A DNA stretch of 64,000 nt from a virus. Position 1 is the stretch's first letter; each line of letters begins with the position of its first letter. The stretch is from the IMG/VR virus record IMGVR_UViG_3300046794_000505, positions 21,777 through 85,776 of that record; one strand, written 5' to 3'. Shown piece after piece: positions 44,261 to 54,106 of this stretch. A program made the position numbers and the translations under genes. Below the pieces are notes generated by a model, which saw nothing but the letters and a program-made list of their open reading frames with translations, made no database searches and was not told where the DNA came from.

Positions 44261-44937
44261 AATCGCAAGCCACCCGCAACACCGTCATTGAAGCGCGCCG
44301 CCAGCGGGCCTGGACGATCCTCACTGCACCCTTTGCGGTCGGCTGCGTGCTGCTCGCCTGCTTCGCCTTGGTCAGCATGATTACGCCAGCCCAGGCAGCT
44401 GATGATGTTGAGGTGTATCGCGTAGCTAATGACACTTTTTACTGCCATGCTTCGAAAACCATCAAAACGGCCATGGCACGGATAATGTCTGACGACTTCC
44501 CAGGCTACTTGGCGGCCATCCGGGAAGGACATTGCGCGAAGGCACCTCGAGGGTACGTCGTGGTAGTGACCGACATTCAAGGCGATATAACCCGCGGACT
44601 GATGCGCAACGAGCAGAGCCATATCATTGATGGTTATTTTATGAGTGGCCTTCTAATCCCTGCACCAGACTTGATGCCATCCCAATCAGCCACCGTGCTG
44701 ACGCACACGGTATTTATGTGCCGCGAGGCTATCGCCGCAGAGCTTTACCAGTCACGGCTTGATATCGGTGACATGGAAGGGGCCAAGCTGCTGATCCAGG
44801 AAAATGGCTGCGCCCCAGTGTTCGCCGGCGACATGATCACCGTGACCGGGGAGCCGAACGACAAGGTCTATGCTGTCGAGGCTCCCGTTGGCGGCCAAGT
44901 GGTGCCTGGGTTTATACCGAAGGCGCTGATGCATTAA
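44257..44937 (+). CDS. exported/membrane-anchored protein with two Cys-pair repeats
   Basis: TM/signal ending AQA; duplicated F.C...G.C domain. Confidence 0.6.
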   Translation: MKSQATRNTVIEARRQRAWTILTAPFAVGCVLLACFALVSMITPAQAADDVEVYRVANDTFYCHASKTIKTAMARIMSDDFPGYLAAIREGHCAKAPRGYVVVVTDIQGDITRGLMRNEQSHIIDGYFMSGLLIPAPDLMPSQSATVLTHTVFMCREAIAAELYQSRLDIGDMEGAKLLIQENGCAPVFAGDMITVTGEPNDKVYAVEAPVGGQVVPGFIPKALMH

Positions 44938-45710
44938 TTCGGCACGGCAGTGCTTCCAAGGCCGATTGTAACGCCACCATGCTCATGCGTATCGCCCACG
45001 TTTTTAGCATTGTGCTTGAGCGTGGTGCTGTTGATCTGCACTGTGTTGGCGGTCAAGGTATCTGAACCCGTGACGTTCTTGGTCGCGCTTCCACCCACAA
45101 TCAGCGAATAGTTCCCGCTCACGTTATGGGAGTAGTTCCCCGCATGCGTCAGAGCCACATTTCCTACCGGATCGATCTCCAAGCTGGCCACTTCAGCGCC
45201 AGCGTTCTGCACCGATAAATGCACATGCACAGACTTGTCGGTATTTTTGGTGATCGCCCATTTCTTGTCGAAATCCTGCCCCGTCAAATCCTCATGACTT
45301 GGGGTTGTACCGATTCGGAGATAGGTGCCTGAGGGATGAAATAATTCATGATTCCCATTGTTGTCGGTGGTCGTATAGAAATCCGATGCGTGCCGGTCCA
45401 CCCTGAAATTCTGCCGATCGAACAGCATCTGACAGACTTGGGGAAACAGAAATCCTACCACTACCGGCAGGTTGCGGTAATAGCTGACACAGGCGATCAC
45501 CTCGCGCTCGCCAATCCGGCTGGGATCCCACTGATCCGCACCTTGGTCTGGCTGCACCAGATCCACACGTCCAGTGTCACCGCTGGCAGATCCGGACATG
45601 ACCTGCACCGCCGGAACGCGATCGCCGGTATCCATGAACAGCAAGTCGACGGCATGACCGCCCGGGAGTACTCGAGTGACTTTTGCCAGACTGATTCCGC
45701 CGCCGTTCAT
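44934..45710 (-). CDS. baseplate central spike (gp5/gpV-like)
   Basis: OB-like N-terminus, HPSGT, beta-helix repeats, C-terminal THEH.GV. Confidence 0.8.
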   Translation of the reverse strand: MNGGGISLAKVTRVLPGGHAVDLLFMDTGDRVPAVQVMSGSASGDTGRVDLVQPDQGADQWDPSRIGEREVIACVSYYRNLPVVVGFLFPQVCQMLFDRQNFRVDRHASDFYTTTDNNGNHELFHPSGTYLRIGTTPSHEDLTGQDFDKKWAITKNTDKSVHVHLSVQNAGAEVASLEIDPVGNVALTHAGNYSHNVSGNYSLIVGGSATKNVTGSDTLTANTVQINSTTLKHNAKNVGDTHEHGGVTIGLGSTAVPN

Positions 45711-47311
45711 TTGCTGCTCCAGTAGACGCCTGCACCGTTCAATTCGGAAAGGTATGGCGATTGTAATCCGTTGCCGCGCTTGGCTCGCTCAATGAAACCG
45801 GTGCCGCGCTCGAAGGTCACTGTTGTGATGAAGGATCGGAACGGCATATATGAGTGCTCAACCCGAGCCAAGTAGTAGTAGGCGCTCAAGCTACCACGCG
45901 TCAGTCGAAGGTACATGCCGGCCTTGATCCGCTCATTCCCCTTGAGGACCATGACGCCATCTTCAAACACCACATTGTCGCGGTTATTGGCCACCAGGAT
46001 TGCTCGGCGCTCATCCAGCCACGACTGGAGTTCACCCTTGCCGGCCAGCAGTTCCTGTTCCTGTTGCGAATCGAAACGACCACCCTGATTGGTCTGCACC
46101 TGCATCATCCGCAGCCCATACAACCATGGTGCGCTGTTGCGGTAATTCTCGATGAAGTAGGTTTCTGGATTCAGGCCCGCGGCCTGCAGTCTCAACGTTT
46201 CGCCTTGGATCAGCGAGAAACTTGGATTGTCGACCCAATAATAGTTCGCCAGATTCTGATCCGATCGCCCGACATTCAGGCTGATCACATCGGAATCGGT
46301 GATCTCAATGGTAACGATGCCCAGGCCCTGCACAAGCCCTTCGCCAGCTGGCGGTGAGTAGGGATCAGCTGGTGGATTCACCAGGTCATTGCCTGGCGTG
46401 AAAAACGGATTCGGCCGGTATACGATTGCTACTCCATCCTCCCGATCTTCCATAAACAGTTCGTTCCACGGACCTACGTCACCATAATGAGCGAGCATCT
46501 GGTACAGCGTACCGCCGGAGAAGCTATTGGCCCCGAACGTCGATACTCGCGCATCCGGCACGGTCAGGTCGAACACTTCGATATCACGCACTGGGCTGTT
46601 ACTGTCACCCATCGCATCAAGGCCCATGCCTGAATTGCTGCGCATATTGGCCGTGAATGAGTTCAGCACCTTCTGCACCACTTCATAGATGAACTGGTTC
46701 GGCGTGAAGTCGACGTTCGAATTCACACCGTAGTTCTGGGCAAATTTCAGCGTGGTCAGCAGCTCTTGACCCAGCACGTAGTTGGCCAGGTAGCGAATCT
46801 GGATGATCTGCCACAGCTTTCCGTAATCCATACCGGTGATGCTGATCGAGCGCTGAGGCTTACCACTGGGGTCCATGCTTTCAATGCGCCGTGGGGCCGT
46901 GACGAACCCTCGCATTATGATCGGAAGCTGTTCGGGAAGCCCCTGATACTCACTGACGACACCCGGACTCGTTGGCGCATGCGCCATGCGGATTTCAATA
47001 ACGTCCATAGGCTCGACCAGGCCATAAATCGACTCCATCTGCTGGTTGCTGCCGTTGAATATCTTGTCGGCCAGCGTGACAGTGAACGTGCCTGCCGGAT
47101 CGCGCGTGCTTTTGGCAGTTCGAACGCCACCGCCTTCGCCGAGATAGGGGGTCAGATCAATACGATTGTCGACTCCCTGGAATCGGCCCGAGGCCGGCGC
47201 ATCACTGCCAAGACCATCCCCGCCGGCCACATATTCCCTAGCCACGTTTTTCAGCAGCAGTACGCTGATTTTTGGCTCATGTACCGGTATCGGCGTTTTG
47301 TTTGTTGCCAT
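45707..47311 (-). CDS. baseplate hub / tail protein
   Basis: Directly after tape measure; 'G.F.VTL...ITG.DYGK...PWNELF...V.H.Y......T.V...RG'. Confidence 0.7.
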   Translation of the reverse strand: MATNKTPIPVHEPKISVLLLKNVAREYVAGGDGLGSDAPASGRFQGVDNRIDLTPYLGEGGGVRTAKSTRDPAGTFTVTLADKIFNGSNQQMESIYGLVEPMDVIEIRMAHAPTSPGVVSEYQGLPEQLPIIMRGFVTAPRRIESMDPSGKPQRSISITGMDYGKLWQIIQIRYLANYVLGQELLTTLKFAQNYGVNSNVDFTPNQFIYEVVQKVLNSFTANMRSNSGMGLDAMGDSNSPVRDIEVFDLTVPDARVSTFGANSFSGGTLYQMLAHYGDVGPWNELFMEDREDGVAIVYRPNPFFTPGNDLVNPPADPYSPPAGEGLVQGLGIVTIEITDSDVISLNVGRSDQNLANYYWVDNPSFSLIQGETLRLQAAGLNPETYFIENYRNSAPWLYGLRMMQVQTNQGGRFDSQQEQELLAGKGELQSWLDERRAILVANNRDNVVFEDGVMVLKGNERIKAGMYLRLTRGSLSAYYYLARVEHSYMPFRSFITTVTFERGTGFIERAKRGNGLQSPYLSELNGAGVYWSSK

Positions 47312-50079
47312 TATTTTCTAGCCCCAGCAGCCATTGGTAGCAAGAAAGTGGCCTGATGAGGCTCGAATTCTCCGACCTTGTCATGACCACCACTGGCGGT
47401 GATCGTACCATTTAAGTTCACCTCAAGGCGCAGCGGTTCGGAGCTGCCGCCACTGCCACCGCCCGGAACATTTCCGGTCAAACCGTCGGCCATAGTCAGG
47501 TAGTCACGGGTTTCTGCTGCTGGTGCTTTTCCACCGTCTGCCACCGCTTCACCGGCCTTGGTGCCACCATTGTAATGGGCGAACATGGCCTGTTCATTCC
47601 AATTGTACTTCTTGCCGAGAAAGCCGATAAACCTCGACATTCCATCAGCTGCATCGTCTAGGTTGTTGGGATCTTTTACACCATATTCAGAGGCCGTATC
47701 TGGCATGATCTGGAACGGACCTGCCGCGCCCTTTGGACTGTTCACTGAATAATTCAGCTTGCCGAACCCTCGGTTCTCGACTGCCAGAATCCGTTTCATC
47801 ATGCTCAACTTGCGCGGATCACCACCGGCGCCCTTTTCCAACGTTTTCAGTTCTTCGGCGGTGAAATTCACCTTGCCGATTTGAGCACCACCGTCAGATG
47901 CTGCGCTTTCGTCCAGCGGACCAAGATCCAGCGCGCCATTGGCATCCGAAGCAGCACCACCCTCAGTGGTTGGTACGGCAGCTTTCTGCTGTAGAAGTTT
48001 TTCTTCGGGCTCATGCTCTCGGGTGAACTTATAGACCTCTTCGGCCTGAAGATCCTTTAAGTTCTTGATGGCTTGCTCTCGCCGCGGTCCTGTGATTCCG
48101 CGTGCATCCAGGCTCTGATCAAGATTGTCTATCTGCCGGATGTGACCCGCAATTAAATCCACCTTCTGCGCCTGGTACGCACCAAGACCCTCTTGCAGCT
48201 TCATTTTTTTGGCGTAATCGGAGCTCGGCGAGAGCGCTGCGGCCATCGCAGAAACACCCTCTTGGATACCGCTGATTATCGGCAGGATCTGGCCGCCAAT
48301 CTTGGTCAGCGTATTGTTCAGTTCGGCCACAGCATCGCGCGTCTCAGTGCCAACGTTCTTTTCCTGCTCGCGCACTGCCACGGCCTTGGCCATGGTCGAA
48401 CGCAGGTCCTCCATATTGCCGCCTGCGAGATCCTTCGAGATCTTCCCCTTCTCGGTATCGGTCAGGCGATCATCTTTCATCAACCTGGCGGCGATTTGCT
48501 TCAGTTCGCCATCATCCGCCGACCCAATGCGTGCCACATTCTGGATGCCGGATGCGCTGAGAGTGCTGATATCGCTACCGACGAGGTTCTGGAGGCCGCC
48601 CAATTTCTTGCGGTCCATGTTCGACAGAGCGGCGGCCTGGGACAAGCTGCTCAACCCGAAAACATTCTTCGTGGCATCCAGCTTGGCCATGCTGTTGCCG
48701 TACTGCCGATCCAACTGACCGAGCATCAGCGACAGATTATCCTGTCCGGTGAATTTCGGTGTTTTGATCCCGTTGCGTTTTGCGTATTCAGCCACCTGCG
48801 GCGAAACCCCAGACCCGAACGCACCCTGCTCCATGACGGCCTTGGCCATGATTGGATCAATCCCGGGCATCGCCCGCGAGAGGGCGCCATAGGTGAAATT
48901 CAACCCCGCTTCACCCATACCGCCGCCTTGGCGGATCGAGCTGTCTACCTGCATCAGCATCGATGATGCGTTAGCCGGATCCAGGCCGGGCGTATGCATT
49001 GATGTCAGGCCGGCCAAAGCACCCGCAAACCCACCGGCATTCGGCGCGGTCAGTGCCAATCGGGCTACCTGAGAACTGAAGCTGGAGATCGCCGTCAGCA
49101 CTTCACCGGCCTTGCTGGTGTTGCCACCTTTCTCGATGCTTTCGGCGATCAATAGCGCGAACTTACGGCCGTCCTTGTCGTCAACGCCGATCTGGCCGAA
49201 GTGCCGGGCCTGCGCCATGAACCCGACGCCTTCACCCAGTTCCAGACCATAACCCCGCGCCAGCCCGAAACCGGTGCGCACATTGCCGCCGATATCGCCG
49301 CCATCGCCGCCATTGATTTTCGCGTACTGCTTGGCCAAGGCTGCCGACTCGGTATAGAGCACGCCCAGGCCGTCACCTGAGGCCCGCACACGGGAGCGAA
49401 GATCATCGAAGGTCTTGTCCAGATCGCCGACACTGCGCAGCAATTGGTCGGTACTGGTAGATTCTTGGCGAGCCAGATCAACTGCACGGCCGGCCATCGC
49501 CATGACGCTGGTGATCCCGGCCAGCGCCAGACCAGCGCCAGCGGCCATTTTCAGTCCGCCCATACCAGAAGAAGCGGCCGCGCCGTAGCTTGGCTGTAAA
49601 TACCCATAGCCCGGAGTATTTGCCGCGCCACTACCATGTACGCGTGGTGGTGGCGGTGGTGCGCCTGGCGCCTGATTAAAACCAGGAAGATTCCGACCTG
49701 CAATACCGTACACTCGCCGCTTGTAAGCGTCGGCGTCACCCTGATTAACGAACAGCGAATGGTTCTTTGCGTGCCAGTCTTCGAAGCTGCCGAACTGCCG
49801 AACTGCCGAACCACGAGGGATGTTGCGGTTCGTACGGATATTTTCGAAATTACGCAGGAACTCTTCCGCCTGCTTGGGATTGATCGCCTTGCCCATTTCC
49901 TTAGACAGGATCGCGGCGATAGCCTCCAGACGCTGGAGGCTTGCCCCGGCTTTCTTGGCGGCCTCATCAATTTGCTTGACACTGTCAACGACCTTTTTCG
50001 CGCCCTTTTCGACATTCGAGAGGCCTGACGTCGTGTTATTGGTGTCGGCGCTTACGCCAATTCGAATGTCATTGCTCAA
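47311..50079 (-). CDS. tape measure protein with lytic transglycosylase domain
   Basis: 922 aa, A/G-rich; 'AVEN...SPKGAAGPFQIMPDTA...AHYNGG' SLT motifs. Confidence 0.85.
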   Translation of the reverse strand: MSNDIRIGVSADTNNTTSGLSNVEKGAKKVVDSVKQIDEAAKKAGASLQRLEAIAAILSKEMGKAINPKQAEEFLRNFENIRTNRNIPRGSAVRQFGSFEDWHAKNHSLFVNQGDADAYKRRVYGIAGRNLPGFNQAPGAPPPPPRVHGSGAANTPGYGYLQPSYGAAASSGMGGLKMAAGAGLALAGITSVMAMAGRAVDLARQESTSTDQLLRSVGDLDKTFDDLRSRVRASGDGLGVLYTESAALAKQYAKINGGDGGDIGGNVRTGFGLARGYGLELGEGVGFMAQARHFGQIGVDDKDGRKFALLIAESIEKGGNTSKAGEVLTAISSFSSQVARLALTAPNAGGFAGALAGLTSMHTPGLDPANASSMLMQVDSSIRQGGGMGEAGLNFTYGALSRAMPGIDPIMAKAVMEQGAFGSGVSPQVAEYAKRNGIKTPKFTGQDNLSLMLGQLDRQYGNSMAKLDATKNVFGLSSLSQAAALSNMDRKKLGGLQNLVGSDISTLSASGIQNVARIGSADDGELKQIAARLMKDDRLTDTEKGKISKDLAGGNMEDLRSTMAKAVAVREQEKNVGTETRDAVAELNNTLTKIGGQILPIISGIQEGVSAMAAALSPSSDYAKKMKLQEGLGAYQAQKVDLIAGHIRQIDNLDQSLDARGITGPRREQAIKNLKDLQAEEVYKFTREHEPEEKLLQQKAAVPTTEGGAASDANGALDLGPLDESAASDGGAQIGKVNFTAEELKTLEKGAGGDPRKLSMMKRILAVENRGFGKLNYSVNSPKGAAGPFQIMPDTASEYGVKDPNNLDDAADGMSRFIGFLGKKYNWNEQAMFAHYNGGTKAGEAVADGGKAPAAETRDYLTMADGLTGNVPGGGSGGSSEPLRLEVNLNGTITASGGHDKVGEFEPHQATFLLPMAAGARK

Positions 50080-50375
50080 GGTCTACAAGCTCCCATTCTT
50101 CCGGCGGAATATTTGCGGCTTCAGCTTCGGCCTCGGCATTGATACGCTCCAGTTCGGCCGCCATGTCGAAATCGTCATCCTCGACTTCGTCCTGTATTCC
50201 CTTCTCAGCGTACTGGTGCGCCCAATATTCAGCGGCTATCTGATCGGCAGTCAGATCGAGGTAGCGCGGATCATTCGGCGGGAGGTTGTACTTCCGCCGG
50301 AACCAGAAGCCCATCGTCTGGTACATTTCCTTTGCTCGGCGCTTCGCCTGCTTTTGCGCGTTTCGGACGAAAAGA
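50069..50375 (-). CDS. tail assembly chaperone extension (+1 frame, probable frameshift product)
   Basis: 'WFRRKYNLPPNDPRYLDLT..QI' in the +1 frame overlapping the TAC; ends at tape measure start. Confidence 0.6.
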
Positions 50376-50669
50376 GTCCTCCTTAGCGCGGAGCCCGGCG
50401 AATACCCGCTCGATTTGAATGAAGGTTTCTTCATCCAATGGGTCGAGTTCTTCAAGATCCCAGCCATTAGGTGCCTTGACCATCAGCACCCGCAGGGCCG
50501 ACAGGTAGGTTGCCAAGTTGAACAGCCACACGGTGGCCTGAACACCTTCGGTGATGCGTGCATACTCGACCTGGATCCGCAGTTCATCGGCCAATTTCCG
50601 ATAACCGAACATGAACGTGCCGACGCCTTCGACGACTACAGGGAAATCATTGCTGCTTTCGATGCGCAT
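50271..50669 (-). CDS. tail assembly chaperone
   Basis: Between tube and tape measure; AAGGA SD. Confidence 0.7.
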   Translation of the reverse strand: MRIESSNDFPVVVEGVGTFMFGYRKLADELRIQVEYARITEGVQATVWLFNLATYLSALRVLMVKAPNGWDLEELDPLDEETFIQIERVFAGLRAKEDSFRPKRAKAGEAPSKGNVPDDGLLVPAEVQPPAE

Positions 50670-50696
50670 GCGAGTAATCCTTTTTATCACTCATGG

Positions 50697-50717
50697 AAAA
50701 ACGGCCCCGAAGGGCCG
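50697..50717 (-). terminator. rho-independent terminator after tail tube
   Basis: CGGCCC-TTCG-GGGCCG-TTTTT. Confidence 0.7.
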
Positions 50718-50739
50718 CATCTATCGGTGAGCCTTCTGA

Positions 50740-51165
50740 TTAACCGGCGTCACCTGTTACATCAAGCGCGTTGAACGTCGCGTTCGCCATAACGATCGCA
50801 TGCTTCGACACTTCCATCGAGCCGGAAGCGTAGGAGCAACTGACGTACTTACGCAACTGAGTGCCGTCATCCTTGGATAGGGCCACAAAGTCGAACACCA
50901 GACCCTGCAGCATGGCATCACCATTCACAGCACCGATACCCGCCGCACGCATCGAGCCACGGTTCAGCACCATGGCCGATACGTTCAGCGAGTGCCGCGC
51001 CATGGTTGGCACGTACTCGGCAACATGGATATCACCAATCCCGCTGGCCGGCTCAGGCGCGTAGTCATCGCTCATGCCGACGCTCTGTACCAAGCCGATT
51101 TGCTTGCCATCGAACAACACGACAATCCGGTTACCGGTGCGCGTTTGGAGGTTTTCTCTAGACAT
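50740..51165 (-). CDS. tail tube protein (SPO1/K-like)
   Basis: 'QT.TGN.......GK.IG..QS....DY....GIG.I...EYV'; follows sheath. Confidence 0.8.
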   Translation of the reverse strand: MSRENLQTRTGNRIVVLFDGKQIGLVQSVGMSDDYAPEPASGIGDIHVAEYVPTMARHSLNVSAMVLNRGSMRAAGIGAVNGDAMLQGLVFDFVALSKDDGTQLRKYVSCSYASGSMEVSKHAIVMANATFNALDVTGDAG

Positions 51166-51177
51166 TTTCTATGCCCC

Positions 51178-52896
51178 TTACGCGGATGCACTGCCGCTGA
51201 ACGGCACCGCAAAAATGGTGATCGGAATGTAGTTGATCGGGATGACCGGACTGCACTGGAATTGGATTCGCAGGACATCACCCTCAAGCGCTACAGTGAT
51301 GTTTTTGTACGGCGGATTCGTCGCGTCACCTACCAGAACACCTGGGCCATTAGGCGCAGGCAAGGAGAGCTGACGCAGCGTGCTTTCAACGATGGTCAAG
51401 GCACGACCCATGTTGACGGGGTTGGCACCTTCACCACGCAACACATCCATCGCCTGACGCACATTGCGTGCGGTGAAGTCCAGCGCGACACCGACTGACT
51501 GCTCAACGCGGTTGTAGTTGTCGTTGGTGAGCCAAGTGCTGATCGATTGCACAACCTTAAAACCGCTGGTCACATCCTCGACACAGAGCACACCACCGGT
51601 GATGAGAGGGTCGGTATCGGTCGGATTGCGCAACTTGCGTTCAAGGCCGCGAATTTTCAAAGCCTTGTTGGTCATGGTGGTGCCAGGATTACTGCCGCAG
51701 AACGCGCCGGCAATCTGGGCCGCCAGAATGTAGGGGGCGAACAACGTCAGCGCGCCGCTGTCGTCATAGTCATAAAACCCTAGGTGAACCAATGATGTGC
51801 GATCACTATTAAGCGCCTTCGCCGCTGCAATGGCCTGACTGTCCGTGGTGGCCAACGCCGTACCACAAATCCCGCGTCGCTCCATACGGGCAATGTTCGA
51901 CATATACGCGCAATGCGCATCGTTCATGGCGTGAATCGCCGGATCACTGCTCAGCGGAGTTACCCACTGCACGTCTTCAGACTGAAGAACCTGGTCATAG
52001 GCATTCGACCAGTTCGTATTGGTGACGGTGCCATCAGAACCACCGGACAGATAAGTCCAGTTGATGTTCGCCGGCGGCTTACCAACACCAGGCACGCGGA
52101 CAGCGTCGACGAATCCTTCGGCAGGCCCATTGATATAATCAACAAAAGCCTGGAGGTCTGCGCGAGCGGTATACGCCGCAGTTTTCACGTCCTGGACACT
52201 CACATAATCCAGACCGTTGAGCGCGGGCTTGTCGGCATTCCCATCGAGTACGGCAGCGCTGAAACCGGAAACAGCATTGATCCGATCAACCAGTTCCTGA
52301 ATCGAATCGTAGGCATTCAGGTCAATGGTCGCCACAGTGGTGCCGCTCGGAGCCTGCAGAACAACAGAGGTTCCGGTGATCGACATTACCCCAGTAACTT
52401 GTGCACCTATGTACTGCACCTGGAAGGCATCACGGTGGACGTCGTCCTGTGTGTAATACGCATTGCCGCGCTGAGTCGAAACCTTCATGCCACGGTTGGT
52501 GGCTGTCTCGATCTTGAACTTCACCTGATTTGCCACCAGACCGTAGTCAGTCGATTTCAGATTGACTACGGTCACCGGTGTCAGATCGCTAAGGTCCAGG
52601 GTTGCCTGAGTTGCAGGATTGACCCGAACGAAAACGATCTCAGATGCAGCTCCAGTTTGCGACGATGGATCAAAAGCCTTTTCAATGGCCGTCAGACCAT
52701 CACCGCCTTGAAGTGCAGCACGAGCTTCGGAGGGGCTGCCAAACCGCAGAGCGGTATTCGGCTGGCCGGCTACGGATCGACCGACGATGGCCTGCACGTT
52801 AGCGACCGATAAGCCGCGGTTGAACATGGCAGAATCATCCACCAAGCTCATGGTTGCCGGGGAGATCCACAACCGGCCATTAAAGAAAACAGGCAT
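51178..52896 (-). CDS. tail sheath protein (SPO1/K-like)
   Basis: 572 aa; 'IVG....G.PN....F.S..EA...L.GG....AIE.AF', KSTDYG, LSGG.DG, PV.P.NYI. Confidence 0.88.
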   Translation of the reverse strand: MPVFFNGRLWISPATMSLVDDSAMFNRGLSVANVQAIVGRSVAGQPNTALRFGSPSEARAALQGGDGLTAIEKAFDPSSQTGAASEIVFVRVNPATQATLDLSDLTPVTVVNLKSTDYGLVANQVKFKIETATNRGMKVSTQRGNAYYTQDDVHRDAFQVQYIGAQVTGVMSITGTSVVLQAPSGTTVATIDLNAYDSIQELVDRINAVSGFSAAVLDGNADKPALNGLDYVSVQDVKTAAYTARADLQAFVDYINGPAEGFVDAVRVPGVGKPPANINWTYLSGGSDGTVTNTNWSNAYDQVLQSEDVQWVTPLSSDPAIHAMNDAHCAYMSNIARMERRGICGTALATTDSQAIAAAKALNSDRTSLVHLGFYDYDDSGALTLFAPYILAAQIAGAFCGSNPGTTMTNKALKIRGLERKLRNPTDTDPLITGGVLCVEDVTSGFKVVQSISTWLTNDNYNRVEQSVGVALDFTARNVRQAMDVLRGEGANPVNMGRALTIVESTLRQLSLPAPNGPGVLVGDATNPPYKNITVALEGDVLRIQFQCSPVIPINYIPITIFAVPFSGSASA

Positions 52897-52907
52897 TTGT
52901 CAGGCCC

Positions 52908-53201
52908 TCATGCAGGTTGGTTGATGAAGGTCTCATAGCGCGCAGTGAATGCGGCTATGGTGTCCTTAATGGTGCCGGCCACAGTTTCGGTGTGGTGAAA
53001 ACCACCGATCAGGGATACGCGTTTATCGGTGCCCGATAGCTGCGTGCAAAACTCGTTGAGAGTCAGTGGGAAATGATCCTCGTCGGGCTGAACTGGCGTG
53101 GCGCTGACGGCCGGGACAGCCGGGGCCACAGCAACAGTCTGGGTTTTGCCGCTTGGGGCTTCTACCACGACCGGAGCGACATCATCTTCTGGGGAACTCA
53201 T
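52908..53201 (-). CDS. hypothetical protein in tail module
   Basis: AAGGTG SD; operon context. Confidence 0.55.
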   Translation of the reverse strand: MSSPEDDVAPVVVEAPSGKTQTVAVAPAVPAVSATPVQPDEDHFPLTLNEFCTQLSGTDKRVSLIGGFHHTETVAGTIKDTIAAFTARYETFINQPA

Positions 53202-53230
53202 GCAATCACCTTTTGGTATGTTTTGCCGCT

Positions 53231-54058
53231 CTACGGCACGTTTACGGTCAATTCAACATCAATAATTTCATCTTGCTTGCTGACGATCTGAATCGGTGCA
53301 ACACAGGAAAAACTGCCAACGCTTTTGTAAATAACGGTGTTCTTTTCGCCGCCAGGATCCTCACCATCCATCTGGGAAAGATCGATATGAACAATCCCGG
53401 CACTATCGAATACTGGAAGGTTGGCAATGATCACGCGGCGAATGGCTTGCCGCAGCGATGCGCGCTCTATCGGGTTCTGCGACCAGCCGATGATGTCGAG
53501 GCGCACGCGAGACAACCAGCCTTCACCCACTTCCCAGTCGTTGCCATCAAACTCATCGGGTGACAGCATTTCGCCGAGGCCTCGACCATCCGATCCATCT
53601 GACGACAAATGTACTGTCACGACAGGCCATGTAATTTCAGCGCTGAAGGGGAAGGCACCCAATACTGGGATGCGCCCTTTCGGATGCTTGAGCTTTCCGC
53701 GCTGGATCTCGACAAACAGCCCGAGGTTCAGACGATCGAGCATCATGGTCATCACGTCTTCAGTGACTTCCTGATAATCAGCAGTCACCACTACAGGCAC
53801 AGTCGCCGACCCGGTCCAGGTCGTGCCGGCCAAGTAATAGACGCGGTAAAAATAGGTGCTTGTGTTCGTCAGTGATTGGCGGTCAACCGCGCTGATGGTC
53901 TGTTTGCTGTCGAGCACTACCAGCGCGGCCGGATCATCCTGGCCGGTGAACGTATCGGCGGTCTTGCGCAGCAGGCGCCAGCGGGTAGCCCCGGCTGGAG
54001 GCAAGAGGACAATGCGGACGGCATTGCCGATTGCGAGTGATTGCGCAAAGGAGATCAT
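53231..54058 (-). CDS. tail terminator/completion protein with N-terminal FN3-like domain
   Basis: Position before sheath; 'L.NTSTYFYRVY'; start placed at MISFAQ by the promoter motif. Confidence 0.6.
   Translation of the reverse strand: MISFAQSLAIGNAVRIVLLPPAGATRWRLLRKTADTFTGQDDPAALVVLDSKQTISAVDRQSLTNTSTYFYRVYYLAGTTWTGSATVPVVVTADYQEVTEDVMTMMLDRLNLGLFVEIQRGKLKHPKGRIPVLGAFPFSAEITWPVVTVHLSSDGSDGRGLGEMLSPDEFDGNDWEVGEGWLSRVRLDIIGWSQNPIERASLRQAIRRVIIANLPVFDSAGIVHIDLSQMDGEDPGGEKNTVIYKSVGSFSCVAPIQIVSKQDEIIDVELTVNVP
53608..53623 (-). promoter_or_regulatory. intragenic late promoter element GTCGTGAC-AG-TACATT
   Basis: Full motif match pointing at the sheath/tube genes. Confidence 0.45.
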
Positions 54059-54065
54059 GGGCAGC

Positions 54066-54081
54066 ATCGTGCGGTCACGAC
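54066..54081 (-). promoter_or_regulatory. putative late promoter GTCGTGAC-CG-CACGAT, leaderless
   Basis: Ends 7 nt before ATG 54058; no SD. Confidence 0.7.
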
Positions 54082-54084
54082 CTG

Positions 54085-54100
54085 ATCGTGATGCGAATAT
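54085..54100 (+). promoter_or_regulatory. putative late promoter ATCGTGAT-GC-GAATAT, leaderless
   Basis: Ends 6 nt before ATG 54107; back-to-back with 54066-54081. Confidence 0.6.
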
Positions 54101-54106
54101 CGCGTC

